Source: Burkholderiales bacterium (GTDB taxonomy: Bacteria > Pseudomonadota > Gammaproteobacteria > Burkholderiales > SG8-41). From it: a stretch of 64,000 nucleotides of DNA. This document shows positions 57,642 to 64,000 of the stretch, in pieces. The stretch covers positions 3,346 to 67,345 of the forward strand of contig DATBMB010000116.1 of NCBI GenBank assembly GCA_036555035.1. The letters run 5' to 3'. Within the stretch, counting starts at the first letter, position 1. Each line of letters starts with the position of its first letter. A model generated the notes under the pieces. The model did no database searches. It was not told the DNA's origin and worked only from the letters and a program-made list of their open reading frames with translations. The translations under genes were made by a program, and so were the position numbers.

Positions 57642-59575
57642 GCCGTCTTGCCAACGGCGCGCTGCTCGGCATCCAATGCTGCACGCGCGTCCAGGCGGGT
57701 TGCCCGGTTCGCGCGCTTGAGGTAGACCAGCAGAACCGAGATCGCCGCCGGCGTCACGCCCGAGATGCGCGAGGCCTGGCCGAGCGTCTCGGGACGGTGC
57801 CGCGCGAGCTTCTGCCGCGCTTCCACGGACAATCCCCGCAGGGCGCTGTAATCGAAGCCCTCCGGGAGCTTGAGGTTCTCGTAGTGCTCGTAGCGTGAGA
57901 TTTCCTCGCGCTGGCGCTCGATATAGCCCTGGTACTTCGCCTGGATCTCCACCTGCTCCGCGGCCTGCGCGTCCTCGACACCCGGCCCGGCACCCGGCAG
58001 CGCCATCAGCTGCGCATACGTCACTTCCGGACGGCGCAGCAACTCCAGCAGCGGGTAGTCCCGTGCTGGCGACGGATTTGACGCGTCTCCATCCCCTGCG
58101 GTCGGCAGGAGCCGCGAGTTGATCCAGGTTTCCTTGAGGCGCGCCTGCTCGCGCTCGATGGCCTCGCGCTTGCACGAGTAGGCCGCCCAGCGCGCGTCAT
58201 CAACCGCGCCCAGCCGGCGTCCGGCCTCCGTCAACCGCAGGTCCGCGTTGTCCTCGCGCAACGACAACCGATACTCGGCACGGCTCGTGAACATCCGGTA
58301 GGGTTCCGACACGCCGCGCGTGACGAGATCATCCACCAGTACGCCCAGGTAGGCTTCATTGCGCCCTGGGCACCACGGCTCGCGCTCCTGGACGTGGCGC
58401 GCGGCATTGATTCCGGCGAGCAGGCCCTGAGCTGCCGCTTCCTCGTAACCGGTGGTGCCGTTGATCTGCCCGGCGAAGAACAGCCCGCCGATCGAGCGCG
58501 TCTCCAGGGAGCGCTTGAGGGCGCGTGGATCGAAGTAGTCGTACTCGATGGCATAGCCCGGGCGCGTCAGATGCGCCCGCTCGAGTCCGCGGATCGACCG
58601 CACCAGCGCTTCCTGTGCGTCGTAGGGCAGGCTCGTCGAGATGCCGTTGGGGTAGTACTCGTTGACCGTCAGGCCCTCGGGCTCGAGGAAGATCTGGTGC
58701 GAGGCCTTGTGCGCAAAGCGCATCACCTTGTCCTCGATCGAGGGGCAATAGCGCGGCCCGACGCCTTCGATCACGCCGGTGTAGAGCGGCGAGCGGTCGA
58801 GCGCGCCGCGGATGATCTCGTGCGTGCGCGCGTTGGTGTGCGTGATCCAGCACGGCATCTGCCGCGGGTGCTGCTCGCGGCAGCCCAGAAACGAGAACAC
58901 CGGCACCGGCGTGTCGCCGGGCTGCTCGGTCAGCACCGAAAAATCGATCGTGCGGCCGTCGATGCGCGGCGGCGTTCCGGTCTTGAGACGGCCGACCGGA
59001 AGCTTCAGCTCCCGCAGACGCTGTGCGAGCGTCAGCGCAGGCGGATCACCGGCGCGTCCGCCCTGATGCTGCTTCAACCCGACGTGGATGAGTCCGCCGA
59101 GAAACGTTCCTGTCGTCAGCACCACCGCGCGCGCGGTGAAACGCAGCCCGATCTGCGTGACGACTCCGACCACGCGCTCGCCTTCCAGCAGCAGATCGTC
59201 CACCGCTTGCTGGACGATGCGCAGGCGCGACTGCGTCTCCAGGCGCCTGCGGATTGCGCTTCGATACAGAACGCGGTCAGCCTGCGCACGCGTCGCTCGA
59301 ACCGCAGGCCCTTTGCGCGAATTGAGGATGCGGAACTGGATGCCAGCGTCGTCGGCAGCCGCAGCCATGGCGCCACCCAGTGCATCTATCTCCTTGACTA
59401 AATGGCCTTTTCCAATCCCGCCGATCGAGGGATTGCAGGACATCTGCCCCAGGGTGTCGAAACTGTGAGTCAGAAGCAGGGTTTCGCACCCCATGCGGGC
59501 GGCCGCGAGCGCGGCCTCGGTGCCAGCGTGGCCCCCACCGACCACAATAACATCATATTTATCAAGTACTTGCAT
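57638..59575 (-). CDS. mnmG: tRNA uridine 5-carboxymethylaminomethyl modification enzyme MnmG (GidA)
   Basis: 645-aa ORF with [16 protein letters not shown] and [11 protein letters not shown] motifs. Confidence 0.96.
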   Translation of the reverse strand: MQVLDKYDVIVVGGGHAGTEAALAAARMGCETLLLTHSFDTLGQMSCNPSIGGIGKGHLVKEIDALGGAMAAAADDAGIQFRILNSRKGPAVRATRAQADRVLYRSAIRRRLETQSRLRIVQQAVDDLLLEGERVVGVVTQIGLRFTARAVVLTTGTFLGGLIHVGLKQHQGGRAGDPPALTLAQRLRELKLPVGRLKTGTPPRIDGRTIDFSVLTEQPGDTPVPVFSFLGCREQHPRQMPCWITHTNARTHEIIRGALDRSPLYTGVIEGVGPRYCPSIEDKVMRFAHKASHQIFLEPEGLTVNEYYPNGISTSLPYDAQEALVRSIRGLERAHLTRPGYAIEYDYFDPRALKRSLETRSIGGLFFAGQINGTTGYEEAAAQGLLAGINAARHVQEREPWCPGRNEAYLGVLVDDLVTRGVSEPYRMFTSRAEYRLSLREDNADLRLTEAGRRLGAVDDARWAAYSCKREAIEREQARLKETWINSRLLPTAGDGDASNPSPARDYPLLELLRRPEVTYAQLMALPGAGPGVEDAQAAEQVEIQAKYQGYIERQREEISRYEHYENLKLPEGFDYSALRGLSVEARQKLARHRPETLGQASRISGVTPAAISVLLVYLKRANRATRLDARAALDAEQRAVGKTA

Positions 59576-59642
59576 TATACTTTGAGCCTACGGTGCGACC
59601 TGAATGATACCCGAAAACCAGGAATCGCAGTAGGTCGGGGCC

Positions 59643-59658
59643 GGTTTCACGTGAAACC
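59643..59658. promoter_or_regulatory. parS centromere site (GGTTTCACGTGAAACC)
   Basis: This is a perfect 16-bp palindrome. The central 14 bp match the ParB-binding consensus TGTTNCACGTGAAACA. It lies 68 nt upstream of the mnmG ATG. Confidence 0.85.
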
Positions 59659-59698
59659 ACCGCTATTGCTGCAGCGCAGCAAAGAGGGATCTGTGCAT

Positions 59699-59714
59699 TG
59701 TTTCACGTGAAACA
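59699..59714. promoter_or_regulatory. parS centromere site (TGTTTCACGTGAAACA, full consensus)
   Basis: Exact 16/16 match to the canonical parS palindrome. It is 56 bp centre to centre from the first site. Confidence 0.9.
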
Positions 59715-59726
59715 GCCACCCAGCGG

Positions 59727-61073
59727 TTATTTGCCGATACAGAAGCGCTGGAATATCTCGCCGAGCAAGTCGTCGGGCGTGAATTCCCCGGTGATCGTGC
59801 CGAGCGCCTGTTGAGCCAGGCGGAGTTCCTCCGCGAAGATCTCCAACTTGTCCGTTTCGCGGGCAGCCTGCATGAGGTGCTTTTGGGCCGTTTGCAGGGC
59901 ATGGATGTGCCTCTCGCGAGCCATGAACAATCCCTCTGCCGCCCTGCCCTGCCATCCCGCAACTTTCAGAATCGCACCGCGCAACAGGTCTACCCCTGCG
60001 CCCGACTTGGCTGACAGCCATACCGTGCAGCCCCCACCGGTACGCTCCACGCCGGGGGCGCGCGACATTAGATCAATCTTGTTCATGACCGTGAGACGCG
60101 GCAGGCCCGCCGGCAGTCCACGAAGGATTTCCCCGTCTGCCGCCGTCTCGCCCCGGGTTGCTTCCACGATAAGCACGACGAGATCCGCCTGCTTTATCGC
60201 CGCCCAGGTGCGAGCAATTCCGATCTTCTCCACCGGATCCGCCGATGGCCGCAGCCCTGCGGTATCGATGACATGCACCGGAACGCCCTCGATGCTGACG
60301 CTCTGGCGGATCTGGTCGCGGGTCGTGCCCGCAACGTCGGTCACGATGGCGAGCTCCTCGCCCGCAAGGCGATTGAGGAGGCTCGACTTCCCGACATTGG
60401 GTTGCCCCGCCAGAACCACCCGCAACCCCTCGCGCAGCAGGCTGCCTTGCTGTGAGGCAGACAGGACTTCCTGCAGCTGGTCCCGCAACCGCGCGAGCTG
60501 CTCTGCGCCGGCGGCCTGCTGGATCATCTCGATATCCTCGTCGGGAAAATCGAGCGCCGCCTCGACCCGGGCGCGCAACTCCACCAGCCCCTCGATCAAC
60601 TCGTCTACCCGCTGCGAAAACGCGCCCTGCAACGAGCGCATCGCGCTACGCGCCGCCTCCGCAGTCGAGGCGTCGATCAGGTCCGCAACGCTTTCGGCCT
60701 GCGCAAGGTCGAGCTTGTCGTTGAGGAAGGCCCGGCGCGTGAACTCGCCCGGCAGCGCCGGCCGCGCCCCGAGCTCGATGCAGCGCTTGAGCAGCAGCTG
60801 CAGCACCACCGGCCCGCCGTGCGCGTGCAACTCCAGCACGTCCTCGCCGGTGTACGAGCGTGGCGCCGGGAAATACACTGCGATGCCCTGGTCGATGGGC
60901 GCGCCTTGGTCGTCGACGAATTCAGCCAGGGTTGCGCGCCGTGCTGAGAGCGGCTTTGCCACGATGCCGGCCATGAGCGCGGCGAGACGCGGACCGGATA
61001 TCCGCACCACGCCGATCCCGCCGCGTCCCGGTGCGGTCGAGATGGCGGCAATGATGTCGCTCTCGGTCTTCAC
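59727..61073 (-). CDS. mnmE: tRNA modification GTPase MnmE (TrmE)
   Basis: ORF 59727..61178 (-). The GTG start giving [27 protein letters not shown] aligns with the MnmE N-terminus. The G1 motif is [12 protein letters not shown] and the C-terminus is FCIGK. The start codon is uncertain. Confidence 0.9.
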   Translation of the reverse strand: MKTESDIIAAISTAPGRGGIGVVRISGPRLAALMAGIVAKPLSARRATLAEFVDDQGAPIDQGIAVYFPAPRSYTGEDVLELHAHGGPVVLQLLLKRCIELGARPALPGEFTRRAFLNDKLDLAQAESVADLIDASTAEAARSAMRSLQGAFSQRVDELIEGLVELRARVEAALDFPDEDIEMIQQAAGAEQLARLRDQLQEVLSASQQGSLLREGLRVVLAGQPNVGKSSLLNRLAGEELAIVTDVAGTTRDQIRQSVSIEGVPVHVIDTAGLRPSADPVEKIGIARTWAAIKQADLVVLIVEATRGETAADGEILRGLPAGLPRLTVMNKIDLMSRAPGVERTGGGCTVWLSAKSGAGVDLLRGAILKVAGWQGRAAEGLFMARERHIHALQTAQKHLMQAARETDKLEIFAEELRLAQQALGTITGEFTPDDLLGEIFQRFCIGK

Positions 61074-61116
61074 GCTGCAAGGAACGAACGGGGCGCCGGC
61101 TCTGCCGGCCGGCTGA

Positions 61117-62796
61117 TCAAGTCTTGCGCGCCGCGGCCTCGCGTTCGAGCACCCGGGTGATCTGCCACTGTTGCGCAATCGAGAGCACGTTGTTGACCAG
61201 CCAGTAGAGCACGAGGCCCGCCGGGAAGAAGAAGAAGAAGACGCTGAACACGATCGGCATGACCTTCATCACCTTGGCCTGCACGGGATCCGGCGGCACC
61301 GGGTTGAGCATCGTCTGTATCCACATGGTTGCAGCCATCAGGATCGGGAGAAGACCAACGGGCATCCCGAACCATACGCCGAAAAGCGTATCCGGCGCGG
61401 CCAGGTCATTTATCCACAGCATGAAGGGCGCGTGCCGCAGCTCCACGCTGGCCAGCAGGACCCAATAAAGCGCAATAAAAACAGGTATTTGCACGACGAT
61501 AGGCATGCAGCCGCCGAGGGGATTGATCTTCTCGGTCTTGTAGAGCTCCATCATCGCCTGCTGCAGCCGTTGGCGATCCTGGCCATATTGATCCTTGAGC
61601 TTTTGCAGCTTGGGGGCGAGAACCCGCATCTTCGCCATCGAACGGTAGCTTGCCGCGGACAGCGGATAGAACAGCAGCTTGATGATCACGGTCAGCAGGA
61701 TGATCGCGACGCCCCAGTTGCCGACCCACTGATTGAGCCACGCGAGCACCCAGAACAGCGGCACTGCGATGACCGTGAGCCAGCCGTAGTCGATGGTGAG
61801 GTCCAGGCCCGGCGCAATCTTCGCGAGCTTTTCCTGCTCCTCCGGCCCGGCGTAGAGCCCCACCGTCACGCTGCCGTTCGCGCCTGGGGCGATCGCGCCG
61901 ACGGGAACGATCAGCCCGGCCCCGAAGAGCCCGTCCTCCAGTCGCCGCGTGAAGAATTCGCGCGGCACGCTGCCCTTGGGGAGCCAGGCACTGAAGAAGT
62001 AATGCTGCAGCATGGCGATCCAGCCGTCCTCGCTGTTCTTGGTGTGCTGCGCCTTGCCTTTCTCGATGTCGGAGAATGCGATCTTCTGAAACTTGTCCTT
62101 GTCGGTGTAGAGCGCGATGCCCGTGTAGGTCGGCAGCATCGCCGAATCGCCGGGCAGTGGCTTGTCGTCCCGCACCAGCTGGAAATAGGCGTACGGCTGC
62201 AGGGCAGCCGCGCCGGTATTCGCGATCTCGAAGCTGACGTCGATGAGGTAGCTTCCCCGCCGGAAGCGAAAGATCTTGGTGACCTGCGCGCCCGGCACCT
62301 CCGCGGAGAGCCGCACTTCGAGCTCGTCCTGTCCCTCGGCGAGCTTGAAGCTGTCACCCGATACCTTGTAGAGCGTGCGATGGTTGGGCAGGGCGTTGCC
62401 GATCAGGCCGGCCTGCGCGATGTAGGTGCGCTCGGGACCGACCTCGAACAGGACGAAGTCCTTGCCGCGCTCGACGGTGTCGCGGTGCTTCCTGAACTGC
62501 AGCCTGCGCACGTCGCCGCCCTGGCTGCCCAGCTCGGCAACGAGCACGTCCGTTTCAACCCGCACCGTGGTCCCGGCATCGGGAGCGCTCCGGCCGAGCT
62601 TCGGAACAGCAGCCTGTCCGGCCGCGAGCTTCTCCCCGGGCACGGGAGGCTGCGCCGACGGCGGCAGGGCCTTCTCCTCCTTCCCGGCTGCCGGCGCGGG
62701 CGGGCGCGGCGGCTGCTGTTCGCGCTGCCACGCGTCGAGCAGCATGAACACCGAGAACGAGAAGACGAAAAACAGGATCAGTCGTTGGGAATCCAT
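61117..62796 (-). CDS. yidC: membrane protein insertase YidC
   Basis: ORF 61117..62907 (-). The start is placed at [23 protein letters not shown]. The conserved core is [19 protein letters not shown]...[17 protein letters not shown]. Confidence 0.94.
   Translation of the reverse strand: MDSQRLILFFVFSFSVFMLLDAWQREQQPPRPPAPAAGKEEKALPPSAQPPVPGEKLAAGQAAVPKLGRSAPDAGTTVRVETDVLVAELGSQGGDVRRLQFRKHRDTVERGKDFVLFEVGPERTYIAQAGLIGNALPNHRTLYKVSGDSFKLAEGQDELEVRLSAEVPGAQVTKIFRFRRGSYLIDVSFEIANTGAAALQPYAYFQLVRDDKPLPGDSAMLPTYTGIALYTDKDKFQKIAFSDIEKGKAQHTKNSEDGWIAMLQHYFFSAWLPKGSVPREFFTRRLEDGLFGAGLIVPVGAIAPGANGSVTVGLYAGPEEQEKLAKIAPGLDLTIDYGWLTVIAVPLFWVLAWLNQWVGNWGVAIILLTVIIKLLFYPLSAASYRSMAKMRVLAPKLQKLKDQYGQDRQRLQQAMMELYKTEKINPLGGCMPIVVQIPVFIALYWVLLASVELRHAPFMLWINDLAAPDTLFGVWFGMPVGLLPILMAATMWIQTMLNPVPPDPVQAKVMKVMPIVFSVFFFFFPAGLVLYWLVNNVLSIAQQWQITRVLEREAAARKT
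61410..61418 (+). promoter_or_regulatory. perfect DnaA box TTATCCACA inside the yidC coding sequence
   Basis: Read directly. On the coding (minus) strand it is cTG TGG ATA Aat, encoding L-W-I-N, using the Ile codon ATA and the Asn codon AAT, both atypical in this window. Confidence 0.45.
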
Positions 62797-62881
62797 CACC
62801 GTGCGTCCGCGGCGCTCACCCCGGGTGCTGCCGGGCGCCGCCGCCAGCCGAGCAGAATAGCCCGAAAAACCGGGAACGGCA

Positions 62882-63226
62882 CTAGCGGCCGCGCCCCGCC
62901 GCGGCAAGCTCCTCCAGCAGCCGGGTAAGCTCCGCGCGCGCCGTCGCCCGCGCTTCGCGCTCCGGGCACCGGCGCAGCTCCACGACGATATCCAGGCCCG
63001 CGGGCCGCTCGCCCAGACTGCGAAACACTTCTCTCACCATGCGCTTCATGCGATTGCGATCGACGGCGCGGCGCGCCACGCGCCGGCTGGCAATGATACC
63101 GATGCGCGCCTGCGCGAGGCCATTGGACCGGACGTACAACCGGAAATGACGCCGCGCCCGGGCGTTGCCCGCCGCCAGCGTCGCCGCAAACTGCTCGCGA
63201 CGATGCAGCCGCGCGCTGCGCGGCAA
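62882..63226 (-). CDS. rnpA: ribonuclease P protein component RnpA
   Basis: 114-aa ORF with a TTG start. It is basic, with the RNR-like motif AVDRNRMKRMVRE. It lies downstream of rpmH. Confidence 0.88.
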   Translation of the reverse strand: MPRSARLHRREQFAATLAAGNARARRHFRLYVRSNGLAQARIGIIASRRVARRAVDRNRMKRMVREVFRSLGERPAGLDIVVELRRCPEREARATARAELTRLLEELAAAGRGR

Positions 63227-63243
63227 CGCGCGGCTCGCCGCGC

Positions 63244-63378
63244 TCAGGCGCTCAATCGCGCCCGCCCCTTGGCGCGGCGCGCCCGCAGCACACTGCGCCC
63301 GCCCCGGGTCCGCATGCGCGCGCGGAAGCCGTGCGTGCGCTTGCGGCGCTTCACCGAAGGCTGATAGGTCCGTTTCAT
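63244..63378 (-). CDS. rpmH: 50S ribosomal protein L34
   Basis: These are the last 44 codons of ORF 63244..63939 (-): [44 protein letters not shown]. Confidence 0.95.
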   Translation of the reverse strand: MKRTYQPSVKRRKRTHGFRARMRTRGGRSVLRARRAKGRARLSA

Positions 63379-63408
63379 GGGATTCGTCCGGCTGCTGAAA
63401 AGCGCGCT

Positions 63409-63438
63409 ATTACAACCTCTAACTCTCCGCCATGTCAA
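63409..63438 (-). promoter_or_regulatory. sigma70-type promoter of rpmH-rnpA
   Basis: On the minus strand: TTGACA (63438-63433), an 18-nt spacer, then TGTAAT (63414-63409). It lies about 30 nt upstream of the rpmH ATG. Confidence 0.5.
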
Positions 63439-63481
63439 CCGCTTCGCCAGCGCGCGCATCTCGTCACGAGACGCGCGCCGC

Positions 63482-63490
63482 TGTGGATAA
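63482..63490 (-). promoter_or_regulatory. perfect DnaA box (TGTGGATAA on the plus strand) in the dnaA promoter region
   Basis: Read directly, 82 nt upstream of the dnaA ATG. A degenerate copy ACAGGATAA lies at 63501-63509, and a TAAAAT -10-like hexamer at 63508-63513. Confidence 0.65.
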
Positions 63491-63571
63491 GCAGCCCCAA
63501 AACAGGATAAAATTGGTCGCTGAAAAAGCGTCCCTTCCTGCGGCCCGGGTTCAAACAACAACGCGACACCG

Positions 63572-64000
63572 ATGAACAGCTTCTGGCGCCTCTGCCTGGC
63601 CCGCTTCGAGAAAGAACTGCCGCCCCAGCAATACCGGACGTGGATCAAGCCGCTGCAGCCCCAGGTCGAGGGCCAGCGCCTGACGCTGGTTGCGCCCAAC
63701 CGCTTCGTCCTGCAGTGGATACGCGACAAGTTCCTCGCGCGCATCGAGCAGCTCGCCCGCGAGCACCTGAAGCACGACGTCGAGGTGGTGCTCGCCCTCG
63801 CCGAGAAGGAGCAGCCGGCAGCCCGCGCCGCACCCGCTGCCCAGGGCGCAAGAGAGCATGAGGCGAAGCCGAGCAGCCGCGAGATCTCGCGCCTCAATCC
63901 CGGGTTCACGTTCGAGAGCTTCGTAACCGGCAAGGCCAACGAGCTCGCGCGCGCCGCCGCGGCCCAAGTGGCCGAACGGCTGGGCTCCGCCTACAACCCG
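63572..64000 (+). CDS. dnaA: chromosomal replication initiator DnaA, N-terminal 143 codons (runs off the window)
   Basis: My translation from the ATG at 63572 gives [55 protein letters not shown]...[23 protein letters not shown]. This is DnaA domain I plus linker and the start of domain III. Confidence 0.93.
   Translation, partial: MNSFWRLCLARFEKELPPQQYRTWIKPLQPQVEGQRLTLVAPNRFVLQWIRDKFLARIEQLAREHLKHDVEVVLALAEKEQPAARAAPAAQGAREHEAKPSSREISRLNPGFTFESFVTGKANELARAAAAQVAERLGSAYNP

Overview
This is a 64-kb, roughly two-thirds G+C (judged by eye, not computed), origin-proximal chromosomal segment of a proteobacterium. Gene order and protein signatures look beta/gamma-proteobacterial, but the taxon is inference only. 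It is densely packed with housekeeping genes; I call 58 CDS. From left to right: purD-purH-fis-dusB (-), ubiH-like/pepP (-), murU/amgK (-) divergent from lptD-surA-pdxA-rsmA (+), gloA/rubredoxin (-), thiD-thiE-hemL (+), cytochrome c4 (-), hemB (+), mrcA plus a small hypothetical (-) divergent from pilMNOPQ (+), aroK-aroB-dgt (+), gltBD (+), hemE, priA, argS, a SPOR protein and two dsbA paralogues (+). Then comes an unbroken minus-strand block: glmS-glmU-glpD, atpIBEFHAGDC, parAB, rsmG, mnmG, mnmE, yidC, rnpA and rpmH. The 5' end of dnaA (+) closes the window. I recognised no rRNA, tRNA, CRISPR array, transposase/integrase or phage genes. The very long extra ORFs in the track are antisense or alternate-frame shadow ORFs, as expected in GC-rich DNA. 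I did not find a convincing novel multi-gene system; this looks like ordinary core genome. The signals worth a second look are all non-coding or small:
- A structured ~110-nt minus-strand element ending in orphan tandem terminators between hemB and cytochrome c4 (candidate sRNA or attenuator).
- Two consensus DnaA boxes flanking an AT-rich tract between hemE and priA, plus a perfect DnaA box written with rare codons inside yidC.
- Two consensus parS sites upstream of the mnmG-rsmG-parA-parB operon.
- A degenerate nucleotidyltransferase-like hypothetical gene tightly linked to mrcA.
- An intrinsic terminator that ends 4 nt before the glpD start codon.

Coordinates of CDS follow the supplied ORF track, with starts re-chosen by counting codons to the conserved N-termini.
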